From Planctomycetaceae bacterium (lineage in GTDB: Bacteria; Planctomycetota; Planctomycetia; Pirellulales; Thermoguttaceae), in assembly GCA_031269105.1 (NCBI GenBank), contig JAISZO010000003.1, positions 19,095-83,094 on the forward strand: 64,000 bases of DNA. The letters are read 5' to 3'. This document shows, piece by piece, positions 21,001 through 30,647 of the stretch. The notes below the pieces were generated by a model. That model did no database searches. It saw only the letters and a program-made list of their open reading frames with translations, and was not told where the DNA came from. The position numbers were made by a program, and so were the translations under genes. How positions within the stretch are numbered: position 1 is the first letter of the stretch; every line of letters begins with the position of its first letter.

Positions 21001-22234
21001 TTTATTTGAATACGCGCCGCGTCTCGGATTGATTACGGAAACGGTTCAGCTTCTCAACGTTGTGGAAAAAATGGAACAACTGCATACGCTTCGGCAAGGA
21101 GCGATTACCGAATACGACCGTTTGTTTGAGAAAGCGACGCGGTGTATTGCATCGTGCATTGCCGAGTCGTCCAAGCGCTGGCGGATTCAAACCGGCGATG
21201 AATTTCCGACAATCAGCCATGCGTTAGTGGAATATATTGAGCGGATTATTGAGATTTTACTTTCCGGTTGGTTGTCGCACAGCCGCCAGATTCGTATTTC
21301 AACGGTGGAATCGATCGCCAACCGCCGCGTTTGGGAAGGCGTAAAACGTTTCATTCAGAAATACGGCGGCGATATTTTCACGCAGCATTTTATGGGATTC
21401 GGACATTTGCGGGCGGTCTTGCATCAGGGAACGGAAAATTATCTGAAATCGCTGATACGCATTTACGAAGAAGAAGGCGAACTTGAAACCGCGCAAACGC
21501 TGATCGTCGATTTGATTGAAGGCAAAATCGAAATGGACGAAGCGGTGTTCAACATCGAAACCATCTTTGAAGCAATCGCCGAAAATTACACGGAATATAT
21601 TGATTACAACAGCACGACGATTCATTCCGACAATGGCGCAAAATTGTATATGCTGCTGGACATGCTGCGCGTCTTGACGGGTTACGAACGGATTTCATGG
21701 AATCTGAAGCCGGTCTATTGGGTTCACGACGAAATGATACGTTCCGGTCGAAATGAAGCGGCGGAACTTTGGGAACGCGCCGTCGCCAAGCGAAGCGTTC
21801 AGGCGGCGGAGGAACATTTGCGGCATTATTCGCGGCTGAGCGAAAAATACGGCATGTGGTTGCCAAGCGTCCACGAGCGCTTGAAGGAGAGGTTCATACG
21901 TCCGTTACAGATTGACCGAATGTGCGGTTTGGTTGCGTTAGCGGTCAAACAAGCGCATGACGACGGACCTTACGAAGCGTTTGAGGAGTTGGAAAAACAG
22001 ATTGAGATATTCGCCAAAGAGCCGATGGGCGTGGGCTATGAAGTCCCGGAATGGTTATCGGCGTTGCAGGACGAAGTGATGGCGACGCGTGTGGATTCGG
22101 AAGAAACGGACGCCGACGAGAACAAAGTTGACGACGCTTATAATTTACCGCCGACAATCCCGCAAATCCGCCTTTCCCGCACCGAACTTGACAAACAACT
22201 CAATCTTTGTCTTAAAAATCACGGAATCGCGTGA
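18020..22234 (+). CDS. 1404-aa protein of unknown function with a central acidic low-complexity region
   Basis: Uninterrupted ORF with no NTPase, nuclease or TM motifs seen. Asp/Glu-rich tracts lie between about 19930 and 20430. Confidence 0.6.
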   Translation: MTNVPMTEEIRAKIKDILGYLTFSTGARDVGFLGTLSTVYDFLSQKKQQGTWQVLYATLVRELKKLSKESEAFQSTKQASNALIFVFEKILPAYRAFHSDVLFHQTDDFLYTPFFLGRCFEVFLSQEQTGDDEAALISRVIRQMNDYIGYRPVPVLEGREKSEPNEHEWIAPLPLYIEGAGVASGRYQAAIEKALEILRNTDPSILHDACFDPDKLQELVLDPRAYDFDHPVNRRPNYHFGTWDPHTIDNSGYYRRFIVHQVTLEGMLARLELAYTGESDVSNVPYDELLYEAGAVLAGTMLMGSGISGDTPHTYDSNTSLSTLMPHIADYRDRFYDFLIKNVDCKLKPRLEEEQKRLQQPFGGARQSLNKQLAKRRADQLQRFHLARTLARMGYYDAANRQTEIISVVSARTLCKIDCLITQGHKLADHDQPEEAVKVLPEIEELLHRGIACGAIVDPWTIIGFGAQYSLFPAIDNAVHDHRVDDLINLLNDIFDLYSRLQKDAAAMGNGDLQSHLSDKMSDLAGWWDQFGSTEVSSVEGFSGHAVWASAAMVATALAAWNKAGTAAGDISFWSRHVSRFESPKAYVLLGEALLDQRDLVASMALMMHWLNQAEDIPLTEGDYSFHALIIRWIELVWKDEPEEENDDGEERKKNSKASPSWKKRFSPVPEEKRWELTIKLFDYLEANADFYWQVPKFDPDGDINEIVGHFDRLLEQDNDNSGNSDLDEFNDGEIDEEERGYYEALDEDLKRRMDRENAEKEKDLFSAAYENVTYHDTTDDGIDDSLADGGPTPFNDDDDFGVAKEAERIGERLAFLLSLSKLWRYAASKFPNIPQTQDAEKIKEIRERLQEWLKHADRIWTGLQELLAQTTAYEVPEPKGTQESLMEYDRRRSMKEILIDRIVWTTVELMDAFYTICAVTNDQGLVSRLNHWQQKTLPVFSAFYHADSQTVKRLWKKMLNALQRETLLYVPTARGGDPRAIVSVRFLQQMIIRLFEYAPRLGLITETVQLLNVVEKMEQLHTLRQGAITEYDRLFEKATRCIASCIAESSKRWRIQTGDEFPTISHALVEYIERIIEILLSGWLSHSRQIRISTVESIANRRVWEGVKRFIQKYGGDIFTQHFMGFGHLRAVLHQGTENYLKSLIRIYEEEGELETAQTLIVDLIEGKIEMDEAVFNIETIFEAIAENYTEYIDYNSTTIHSDNGAKLYMLLDMLRVLTGYERISWNLKPVYWVHDEMIRSGRNEAAELWERAVAKRSVQAAEEHLRHYSRLSEKYGMWLPSVHERLKERFIRPLQIDRMCGLVALAVKQAHDDGPYEAFEELEKQIEIFAKEPMGVGYEVPEWLSALQDEVMATRVDSEETDADENKVDDAYNLPPTIPQIRLSRTELDKQLNLCLKNHGIA

Positions 22235-22270
22235 CATGAAATAGAAAACGCAAGCGACGGTTGAGCTTAG

Positions 22271-22317
22271 TTCCAGTGACCAGACGTCAGACGCCTGGAG
22301 TCTGGTACCTGGAACCT
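22271..22317. repeat. Degenerate heptanucleotide tract (CTGGNNN-like)
   Basis: ggagtct ggtacct ggaacct and neighbours. Contains the 23-nt CCTGGAGTCTGGTACCTGGAACC (22294-22316), which matches 22799-22821 at 20/23. Confidence 0.7.
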
Positions 22318-22573
22318 ACCTTGAATATCAAAACGAAATAAGTACAATATCTCTTCAAGTGGGGAAATTCCCTTGCGTTTCGGGAAAAACCAACACGTTG
22401 TTTTGGGAGTTTCCAGAGACGCTGGGGGCAGTCCCGGAGTGGTCGGGGGAGTTTGCGGCAACGCTGGAAAATTCCTGAAAGTGTTGATGGAATACCCGAC
22501 AACTCTTGGGTTGAGAGAGAATGTTTTTGGCGTTTCCTTTCTATTCCATTTCTTTGAATGAGGAGAACATAAC

Positions 22574-22781
22574 ATGTTAAAAAAGATTTTTTACCGCGTA
22601 AGGACAAGGAATTTGCGGTCTGGACGACCAATTTCTTAAATTATCTGACGCAAATTCAGTCGCGAATCAATTTTCCGAGCAACATTTTGAGCGAGCTTTC
22701 GACGTCGAACGCGGATTTTCAGCAGAAATTTCAGATCGCCGAAACTCCGGCAACACGCGAAAGTACGGGACGCCAACCCTG
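22574..22781 (+). pseudogene. Frameshifted and truncated stump of a conserved hypothetical gene
   Basis: Strong SD (gaggag) plus ATG, followed by an A6 tract. With A7 the reading becomes MLKKDFLPRKDKEFAVWTTNFLNYLTQ...TPATRESTGRQP*. It ends at the second heptamer tract. Confidence 0.4.
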
Positions 22782-22826
22782 AACCCTGGTATCTGAAACC
22801 TGGCGTCTGGAATCTGGAACCCTGTA
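22776..22826. repeat. Degenerate heptanucleotide tract, partner of 22271-22317
   Basis: accctga accctgg tatctga aacctgg cgtctgg aatctgg. Confidence 0.7.
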
Positions 22827-22883
22827 TCCTGTTTTGCGACGCATTCCGCTTGCCCAACTTTTCACTTTTCCTTTTTCACTAAA

Positions 22884-24200
22884 ATGTTACCATTATTTGA
22901 CCAATTTCATTCACGGAATCAAGAATCGGAACCGCTCACGGTCAGCGAACTGACTCGCCATATTAAAGAGCTTTTGGAATCGGCGTTTGTTGATCTTCAC
23001 GTTGTGGGCGAGATTTCCAATTTGAGCCGTCCGCGTTCCGGTCATTTTTATTTGACGCTCAAAGACGACGCGGCGCAGCTTCCGGCGGTTGTTTGGCGGT
23101 CTTCGGCGGCGCGGATTTCATTTGATCCAAACGACGGGCAGCTTGCGGCGTGTCGCGGGCGGCTTGACGTTTATCCTCCGCACGGAAAATATCAACTCGT
23201 TATCGACCAAATGGAACCGCTCGGACAAGGCGGATTGGAATTGGCATTTCGTCAATTGCACGCGCGGCTTGAAGCGGAAGGTTTGTTCGCGACGGAACGG
23301 AAAAAACCGATTCCGAAAATTATCCGCCGCGCTGCGGTCGTAACAAGTCCAACCGGCGCCGCTATCCGCGATTTCTTGCAGGTCTTATCACGTCGGACGC
23401 GGCGGACGGATATTCTTCTCGTACCGGTGCGTGTGCAAGGCGACGAAGCGGCGCTGGAAATCGCCGGCGTCATTCAATTGCTGAATGATACCGCGTCGAA
23501 CGCAAATTCATCGGAACATAAAAAAGCGTCCGATTCGCAGTCGATTGATTGTATTGTCGTGACTCGCGGCGGCGGAAGTATCGAAGACCTTTGGGCGTTT
23601 AACGAAGAGCCGCTTGTTCGCGCGGTGGCGGCGTCGCAAATTCCGATCATTTCGGCGGTCGGACACGAAATTGACGTTACGTTATGCGATTTGGCGGCGG
23701 ATTTGCGGGCGTTGACTCCTAGCGAAGCGGCGGAGCGAATCGCGCCGAACGACGCGGAAGTCAAAGAACGATTGGACGGAATGCAGCGTCTTTTAGAACG
23801 CGGTCTCGAACAAAAATTACAACTCGCGCATCAAAAGTTGACGCGGTTTGAGGAACATCCGTTTTTCCGCCGAACGGCGGAAACGTTGATTTTTCCAATG
23901 CAAAAAACGCTCGATCATTATGACGAAATTTTACGTCAAGGGATTCAAACGCGGTTGGAACGCTCGGCGGCGACGCTTGGTCATTTCGCGGCAAAGTTGG
24001 ACGCGCTCAGTCCGGTAGCGGTTTTAGGACGCGGTTACTCGCTGACCTTTGACCGACAAAATCATATTCTGACGCACGCGGCGGACGTTGCGGAAAACGA
24101 AGAAATTTTCACGCGGTTCGCCGACGGAACAATACGAAGCGTTGTGCGAGAAAAACAATCCCGCCCGTTAGATTCCATTCCCAATGATTTCCCGCGTTAA
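22884..24200 (+). CDS. xseA: Exodeoxyribonuclease VII large subunit
   Basis: LTVSELTRHIKELLE..., GEISNLSRPRSGHFYLTLKD, VTRGGGSIEDLWAFNEE, SAVGHEID. Confidence 0.9.
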   Translation: MLPLFDQFHSRNQESEPLTVSELTRHIKELLESAFVDLHVVGEISNLSRPRSGHFYLTLKDDAAQLPAVVWRSSAARISFDPNDGQLAACRGRLDVYPPHGKYQLVIDQMEPLGQGGLELAFRQLHARLEAEGLFATERKKPIPKIIRRAAVVTSPTGAAIRDFLQVLSRRTRRTDILLVPVRVQGDEAALEIAGVIQLLNDTASNANSSEHKKASDSQSIDCIVVTRGGGSIEDLWAFNEEPLVRAVAASQIPIISAVGHEIDVTLCDLAADLRALTPSEAAERIAPNDAEVKERLDGMQRLLERGLEQKLQLAHQKLTRFEEHPFFRRTAETLIFPMQKTLDHYDEILRQGIQTRLERSAATLGHFAAKLDALSPVAVLGRGYSLTFDRQNHILTHAADVAENEEIFTRFADGTIRSVVREKQSRPLDSIPNDFPR

Positions 24201-24895
24201 AATTCGACGTAACCGTTCACGGCGGAATTTTATTTTTTTGCGTAGGATACCATTTCGCATTTTTTTTGCGATATTATTTTCTAATTGGTTTCCTAATTTA
24301 AACCAACGCTGTTGGAACTCAAAAAACAATTTGACGCTAAACTCCAAACGAAAATCGACGATGCGACGATTGTTCTCTGCACGGCAACGCAGCCGGAGTT
24401 CCCGAAAAAGTTTTGAATCCAACGGAAATGATCTCTCGTCCGAATGAACTTTACGCAAAGTTGAAGCGGGCGTTGATATTGATTTTCCTGGAGTATATCG
24501 CGCTTTGGCGGGTTTGGATTCCATCGCTCAAGCCGTCGGTTAGACATGATTCTGCCGCTAGCGCGGCTACTCCAATGATGAAAACAATCATTTGCCCAAC
24601 TTTAAAATCCGTCGTGAAAACTTCGCAGTTCTTCGCGGCTTCATGGTGAAGTTAAGGCGGCTGATTTGTCGGGATTTCCTCTCAAAGGCAGGCGGCGAAA
24701 GGTCGTCTGTATAAATTTCGCGGAAATGCGGAAATGTTGTAAAAGCAGGAAACGGTCGGAAAAACTGTTGTTGCCTATTTGAATACCTTGAATTTCCCAT
24801 GTTTCCGGTTATAATAAATTTTGAATTTTGTGCCGTAGCGGCGGAAACAGAATTTTGACAAAAAATTGACGCGCGGAATCGGAAAAGGAAAAAAC

Positions 24896-25327
24896 ATGTA
24901 TTGTCGCGGAATTCGCGGAGCCACAACAGTTGACGACAACGCCAAAGAGGCGATCTTACGGGGAACCCGCGAACTGCTGGCGTTGATGATTCGGCTGAAC
25001 GGAATCAAACAAGAAGACGTTTGCAGCGTGATTTTCTCGACAACAATCGATTTGGACGCGGAATTTCCCGCGCTTGCCGCGCGGCAGTTCGGTTGGATGG
25101 ACGCGGCGTTGATGTGCAATCACGAAACCTACGTTCCCGGCTCGCTGCAACGTTGCGTGCGGGTTCTCATTCATTGGAATACGGAAAAACCGCTCCAAGA
25201 GATTCGGCACGTTTATATTCGCGGCGCGGAAAAATTGCGTCCCGACCGCGACGCGCTCCCGCTTGTCGATTGGGACGAACTCAACCGCTGGATCGATCAA
25301 AAAATGAAAGAACATAAATTATTATGA
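24896..25327 (+). CDS. aroH: Chorismate mutase, AroH type
   Basis: [13 protein letters not shown]-terminus and a length of about 140 aa. The stop overlaps the pyrH start. Confidence 0.75.
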   Translation: MYCRGIRGATTVDDNAKEAILRGTRELLALMIRLNGIKQEDVCSVIFSTTIDLDAEFPALAARQFGWMDAALMCNHETYVPGSLQRCVRVLIHWNTEKPLQEIRHVYIRGAEKLRPDRDALPLVDWDELNRWIDQKMKEHKLL

Positions 25328-26064
25328 CAAATTTATCTCACTCGTCCGATAAACCGCGCCGCGTCGTTTTGAAAATTTCCGGCGAAGGTTTTTGCCCCGC
25401 TCATGAACGCGGAATTTCAATGGACGCGATGTCGCGTCTTGCCGAGCAGGTTGCGCGAAGCGCGCAGACCGGCGTGCAAATCGCCATCATTATGGGCGGC
25501 GGCAACATTTTACGCGGCGGACAATTCAAAGCGGCAAACAACGCGATTCAGGAAGCGACCGCGCATTATATGGGAATGCTTGCAACGGTGATTAACGGTC
25601 TCGCGCTGCAAGACGCGATTGAAAATCTCGGCGCAAGCACGCGGCTGATGACGGCGCTGCATATCGACACGGTCGCCGAGCCGTATATCCGCCGCAAAGC
25701 GATTCGGCATCTTGAAAAAGGACGCATCATTTTACTTGCGGGCGGAACGGGAAGCCCTTATGTGACCACCGACACCGCCGCCGCGCAACGCGCTTTGGAA
25801 TTGCAAGCGGACGAACTGCTCAAAGCGACGAAAGTGGACGGCGTTTACAGCGACGATCCTGAAAAAAATCCGCACGCCGTTTTTTATAACGAACTTTCTT
25901 ACGCCGACGTTTTGCGTCAAAATTTGCGCGTGATGGATCAAGAAGCGATTGCCAAATGCAAAGATCACGGAATGCCGATTATGGTTTTCAATTTCCGCAA
26001 AGAAGGCAATCTCGAACGCGCTTTGAGCGGCGAGCGAATCGGTACGGCGATTAAAGCGGTATAA
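25324..26064 (+). CDS. pyrH: UMP kinase
   Basis: [49 protein letters not shown]. Confidence 0.9.
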   Translation: MTNLSHSSDKPRRVVLKISGEGFCPAHERGISMDAMSRLAEQVARSAQTGVQIAIIMGGGNILRGGQFKAANNAIQEATAHYMGMLATVINGLALQDAIENLGASTRLMTALHIDTVAEPYIRRKAIRHLEKGRIILLAGGTGSPYVTTDTAAAQRALELQADELLKATKVDGVYSDDPEKNPHAVFYNELSYADVLRQNLRVMDQEAIAKCKDHGMPIMVFNFRKEGNLERALSGERIGTAIKAV

Positions 26065-26110
26065 AAAAGTTTGTTTTACTTCTCGGTTTGTTAAATTTTG
26101 GCGATCTTCC

Positions 26111-28699
26111 ATGCAACTTGAATTGACCCATCCGTATTTGTTGTTCCTTCTCTTCCTGCTGATTGTCGTCGGTTGGGGATTTCATAAATCGCTGCTGGAC
26201 TTTTCGCGCGGGCAGAGAATCGTTTCGCTCATTTTGCGAACGGCAATTCTTTTATTGCTGATTCTCGCCGCCGCAGGGCTGACCGTGTTGTATCCGACGC
26301 ACGAAACAATGGTCGTGTTTCTTGTCGATCAAAGCCGAAGTATCGACGAAAACGCGAAAACGATTGCCGAAGATTATCTAAGCGCCGCGAAAAAAGCCGC
26401 CGGAAAACGCCCTTACGTTATCGTGCCGTTCGCGTCAACGCCGCAAACGCCGGAATTTCATAACATAAGAAGAACGGCGGCGTCAACGGTTGCGGAATCA
26501 ACGCCGCCGTCAACCGAATCGCAATCGTTACCGGCGGACGCGGAAACGGCGTGGGCAAACGGAACGAATATCGCCGCCGCGCTGGAATCGGCAATCGCCG
26601 TCGTTCCGCCGGATTACGTGCCGCGCGTCGTGCTGATTTCCGACGGAAATGAAACGTCGGGCGACGCGCTGACAAACGCGGTTCGGTCGGGAGTCGCGGT
26701 TTCCGCTGCGGTTCTTCCTGCGGCGGCGACGCCGGAAGTTCAGCTTTCCGAACTGCGGACTCCGCCGCAAATCCGGCAGGGCGAACCGTTTTATCTTGAA
26801 GTTGTTGTGCAAAGTAATCGAAAGACGGACGCGGCGATTACGGTTTATCGCGGCGGGTTTAAAATCGCGGAAGAAACGCGTCCGCTCGAAGAAGGCGAGA
26901 ACGTTTTTCGATTCAAGCAGTCGGTTGACGATCAGCGTCAGACGGAATTTTCCGCAACGGTCGAATCGAAAGAAGATACGATTCTCGACAATAACAAAGC
27001 GGAAGGATTGGTTTATGTCGGCGGCAAACCGCGCGTTTTGTTGATCGAATCGGACGAGAAAGCGGCGCGCGGACTTGCGGCGGCGTTGAAAGAACAAGGA
27101 GTCGAGGCGGACGTCCGTTCGCCGGAAGGAATACCGCGTAAATTGGACGATCTCGAAAATTACGAGGCGGTTCTCATTTCCAATGTTCCGGCGACGGAAT
27201 TGACTATGCGGCAGATGGATATTCTTCGCAGTTACGTCCGCGATCTCGGCGGCGGTTTTGTGATGCTTGGCGGCGAACAATCGTTTGGACTCGGCGGTTA
27301 TTACAAAACGCCGATAGAGGAAATTCTTCCGATACGAAGCGATTTTGAAAAAGAGAAAGAAAAGCCGTCGCTGGCGATTTGCCTTGTCATCGACCGTTCC
27401 GGTTCAATGGGCGGGCAGAAAATGGAAATGGCGAAAGACGCGGCAAAAAGCGCGGTGGAATTGCTTACGCCGCGCGATTACGCTTCCGTAATTGCGTTTG
27501 ACAACGTAAGTTACGTTGTTGCGCCGATGCAAAGCGCCGCGTCGGTTTCTTCGATCATTTCGCAAATTTCCACGATTGAAGCGGGCGGCGGAACGAATAT
27601 TTATCCCGGAATGGTTGACGCGTATGATCAGTTGAACCGCGCGTCGGCGAAACTCAAACACGTGATTCTTTTAACGGACGGATACAGCGCGCCGGGAGAT
27701 TTCGACGGGATCGCGCAGCAAATGGTTCATGCGCAAATTACGGTTTCGACAATCGGCGTGGGCGACGCGGATAACAATTTGCTGCAACATCTTGCCGAAC
27801 TCGGACAAGGACGGCATTATACTTGCGACGATCCGCAGGCGATTCCGCAGATTTTTGCGAAAGAAACAATGGAAGCGAGCAAGTCGGCAATCAAGGAAGA
27901 CCCGTTTACGCCGGTGACGATCACGCCGACCGACGTTTTGTCCGGCGTCGATTTTGCGAATGCGCCGCCGCTGATGGGTTTTGTCGTAACGCGTCCGAAA
28001 CCGACAAGTCAAGTGATTCTTTCGACGGAAACCGGCGAACCGCTGCTGGCTTGGTGGCGTTACGGATTGGGAATGTCGGTCGCTTTTACGTCGGACGCAA
28101 AATCCAAATGGGCGGCGGAATGGTTGACGTGGAACGATTTCCCGACGTTTTGGGCGCAGGTGATTCGTCGCGCGATGCGGAAATCGGAGCAGCGCGGCGT
28201 CCTCGTTGAATTGGCGAAACGGAACGGCAAAATTCATGTGACGTTGGACGCGGCGGACGATTCCGATCAATACGTCAATAAAGCGTTGGGAACGACGACG
28301 GCGCTTCGTCCCGATTCTTCGACGGAGACGCTTGCGTTGAAACCGACCGCGCCGGGACGGTATGAAGCGGAAATTCCGGCGGATCAACGCGGCGGTTATC
28401 ATTTGCAAACGACGTTGACGGCGGGAGAACGAGTGATTGCGTCGCAGTCGCGCGGCGTGATGGTGGGTTACCCCGACGAACTCCGTCTCAAACCGGCAAA
28501 CGCCGATTTGCTGGAACGCATCGCCGCCTCTACCGGCGGAACGTTTCAGCCGACGCCGGAATCGCTCTTTGAACCGGACGCAACGCGCACCGCGTGGAAA
28601 CCGCAATCGCTCCGGCAATACTTGCTAACAATTGCGGCTTTTCTGTTTGTGTTGGACGTGCTGTTGCGAAGAGTGGATTTTGCGGGAAGAAGAAAATAG
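26111..28699 (+). CDS. Large membrane-anchored VWA-domain protein (BatA-like)
   Basis: N-terminal TM helices, MIDAS VIDRSGSMGG, a C-terminal TM helix, 862 aa. Confidence 0.7.
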   Translation: MQLELTHPYLLFLLFLLIVVGWGFHKSLLDFSRGQRIVSLILRTAILLLLILAAAGLTVLYPTHETMVVFLVDQSRSIDENAKTIAEDYLSAAKKAAGKRPYVIVPFASTPQTPEFHNIRRTAASTVAESTPPSTESQSLPADAETAWANGTNIAAALESAIAVVPPDYVPRVVLISDGNETSGDALTNAVRSGVAVSAAVLPAAATPEVQLSELRTPPQIRQGEPFYLEVVVQSNRKTDAAITVYRGGFKIAEETRPLEEGENVFRFKQSVDDQRQTEFSATVESKEDTILDNNKAEGLVYVGGKPRVLLIESDEKAARGLAAALKEQGVEADVRSPEGIPRKLDDLENYEAVLISNVPATELTMRQMDILRSYVRDLGGGFVMLGGEQSFGLGGYYKTPIEEILPIRSDFEKEKEKPSLAICLVIDRSGSMGGQKMEMAKDAAKSAVELLTPRDYASVIAFDNVSYVVAPMQSAASVSSIISQISTIEAGGGTNIYPGMVDAYDQLNRASAKLKHVILLTDGYSAPGDFDGIAQQMVHAQITVSTIGVGDADNNLLQHLAELGQGRHYTCDDPQAIPQIFAKETMEASKSAIKEDPFTPVTITPTDVLSGVDFANAPPLMGFVVTRPKPTSQVILSTETGEPLLAWWRYGLGMSVAFTSDAKSKWAAEWLTWNDFPTFWAQVIRRAMRKSEQRGVLVELAKRNGKIHVTLDAADDSDQYVNKALGTTTALRPDSSTETLALKPTAPGRYEAEIPADQRGGYHLQTTLTAGERVIASQSRGVMVGYPDELRLKPANADLLERIAASTGGTFQPTPESLFEPDATRTAWKPQSLRQYLLTIAAFLFVLDVLLRRVDFAGRRK

Positions 28700-28952
28700 A
28701 TTTTTTAACATTTCAGCGGAATGAGGAACGTCTCAAAAATAACGCCCCGCTATTTTTTTCTCTTTGGCGCAATAATTGCTTGTTTTTCTCTCCGCAATTC
28801 TTATTTGAGAATATTTCAAATTAAAATGTTGACAAAAGCTCATTCAGAAGTAAACTAAAATTAGAATGCATGAAAAACTTGCTTTTCAAACTGTTTTTCA
28901 TCTTGATTTTTAAATAACTATAGCAAAAACATCTTATTTCCCACAACAAATC

Positions 28953-30572
28953 ATGCTAAATTTCTGCGACGATATTCATGGACTATATATATATATATAT
29001 ATCATAAGTTTTTTAGTTTCATGGGCTTGCGTTAGGTCTTTTGTTTATCTCGCGCCTTATTTCGGTTTAGTGGACAAACCGGACTCTTTACGCAAAATTC
29101 ATACAAAACCGATTCCGGTTGGCGGCGGAGTTGTGTTGTTTTTGACAACAGTCGTCGTCTTTTTCGTGTGTGGTGGTTTTGCATCAAAAGGATTTCATTC
29201 ATTGATCAACGCAAAAATCATTTTGCCTCTTTTTCTGACGTCGGGATTTATCGTTGCCGTCGGATTGGCGGATGACAAATGGGAATTGAGTGGAAAAATC
29301 AAACTGTTTTCGCAAGTGATTGTGGCAACTATCTTGATCATCTTTGCCGGAGAATATTCCACAATTTCATTTTTCGGTACCCAATATCATCTCGGTCATT
29401 TGTTTTATCCATTGGGGATTCTTTGGTTTGTCGGATTGATCAACGCAATCAATTTTCTTGATGGCGCAGACGGCGTTTGCTCGACCGCAGGACTTCTTAT
29501 GTCGCTGACAGCGGCTGTTTTGGCAATGATCACCGGTCAAACTGCAATCGTTTTGACAGCAGTGATCTTTGCCGGTGCGTTACTTGGTTTTTTATTTTGC
29601 AATTTTCCGCCGGCTAAAGTCTATCTTGGCGATACCGGCAGTATGCTGATTGGTCTTGTGGTTGGAACATTACTTCTCCGTTCATGTACGGTGGAAAATC
29701 GTGTGATTAATATTGTTCCTCCCTTAGCGGTTGTGACAATTCCCATTTTTGATCTTGTTCTTTCCTTTTTCCGCCGTATCAGTTCTGGACGCGGGCTTTT
29801 CTCGCCGGATCGCGGACATATTCATCATCGGTTGCTTGTTCGGTTGAAAAATATCCGCATAGTTCTGCTCTATTTTGCTCTGTTTTTTACATTATGCGGC
29901 ACGGCGGCTGTTGTCAGTCTGAAATATCAAAACGATTGGGCGGCGGTTGGGGTGATGATTTTATTGCCGTGCGGAATGATTTTGACGCGATTGTTCGGCT
30001 GGGAAGAAATGAATGTTTTGATTGGTCAAATTGTTAATCGATTTGCTAAACATTGGAATAAAACAAATTATGGCAAAACAGGAGAAGTTTTTTGTTATCA
30101 GGGAAACGGTCCTTGGAAAGAATTGTGGATGAAAATTGTTACTTTTTTGAAACAATATCATTGTGTGAAAGCGTATTTAGACATCAATATTCCGTCGCAC
30201 CATGAAAATTACATTGCCAAATGGAAATTTCAAGACAAATCGCATCACGATGACTTTATTTTTCTGAATATTTGTCTTCCGTTTTTAGAACACGACCGAA
30301 AGGTCGGCGCACTGGACATGTATTTTGATCCTCGATGGATCTCGGTTAAAGAGATATTGGAAATTGCTCCGCAATTGGAAAATATTTGCGTGAGTTATAT
30401 TACGGATTACATGCGGCAGGTGGATCATCATCATTTTTCTCCCGAGACATTCAATCCTGAAATTTATTTTTTACGTTTTGATTTCTTACCGATGAGCCGT
30501 TCTCAAGGCGGAAAAAATGCGAATGAAGAGACATCGCATATTCCAATCAAGGTCAAACCGAGAAGATTGTAA
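28953..30572 (+). CDS. MraY/WecA-family polyprenyl-phosphate HexNAc-1-P transferase with a ~200-aa C-terminal extension
   Basis: GLVDKPDSLRKIHTKPIPVGGG, DDKWELS, NAINFLDGADG, GDTGSMLIG. The last ~200 aa have no recognised motif. Confidence 0.8.
   Translation: MLNFCDDIHGLYIYIYIISFLVSWACVRSFVYLAPYFGLVDKPDSLRKIHTKPIPVGGGVVLFLTTVVVFFVCGGFASKGFHSLINAKIILPLFLTSGFIVAVGLADDKWELSGKIKLFSQVIVATILIIFAGEYSTISFFGTQYHLGHLFYPLGILWFVGLINAINFLDGADGVCSTAGLLMSLTAAVLAMITGQTAIVLTAVIFAGALLGFLFCNFPPAKVYLGDTGSMLIGLVVGTLLLRSCTVENRVINIVPPLAVVTIPIFDLVLSFFRRISSGRGLFSPDRGHIHHRLLVRLKNIRIVLLYFALFFTLCGTAAVVSLKYQNDWAAVGVMILLPCGMILTRLFGWEEMNVLIGQIVNRFAKHWNKTNYGKTGEVFCYQGNGPWKELWMKIVTFLKQYHCVKAYLDINIPSHHENYIAKWKFQDKSHHDDFIFLNICLPFLEHDRKVGALDMYFDPRWISVKEILEIAPQLENICVSYITDYMRQVDHHHFSPETFNPEIYFLRFDFLPMSRSQGGKNANEETSHIPIKVKPRRL
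28984..29002 (+). repeat. (TA)9 dinucleotide microsatellite inside the 5' coding region (encodes YIYIYI)
   Basis: tatatatatatatatatat read directly. It lies 31 nt after the only plausible start. Confidence 0.95.
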
Positions 30573-30647
30573 AGACAACAACGATAAGACTTACCCGAAA
30601 AATCAAAATTTTACTTGAAAAGAATGGAAAATAAGGTAGGTTTTAAA

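Noticed and set aside
22267-22857. Minus-strand ORFs with a recurring GSR(F/Y)QTPG peptide
   Set aside because: The peptide is merely the translation of the heptanucleotide tracts. No start or RBS context and no family resemblance.
24184-24447. 87-aa ORF overlapping the end of xseA, considered as xseB
   Set aside because: The sequence is Arg/Ser/Phe-rich and lacks the XseB helical pattern. None of the other local ORFs fits either.
26528-28618. Long minus-strand ORFs (250 aa and 315 aa) opposite the VWA gene
   Set aside because: They are Arg-rich with no motifs and are fully contained antisense to a well-supported gene. These are typical shadow ORFs.
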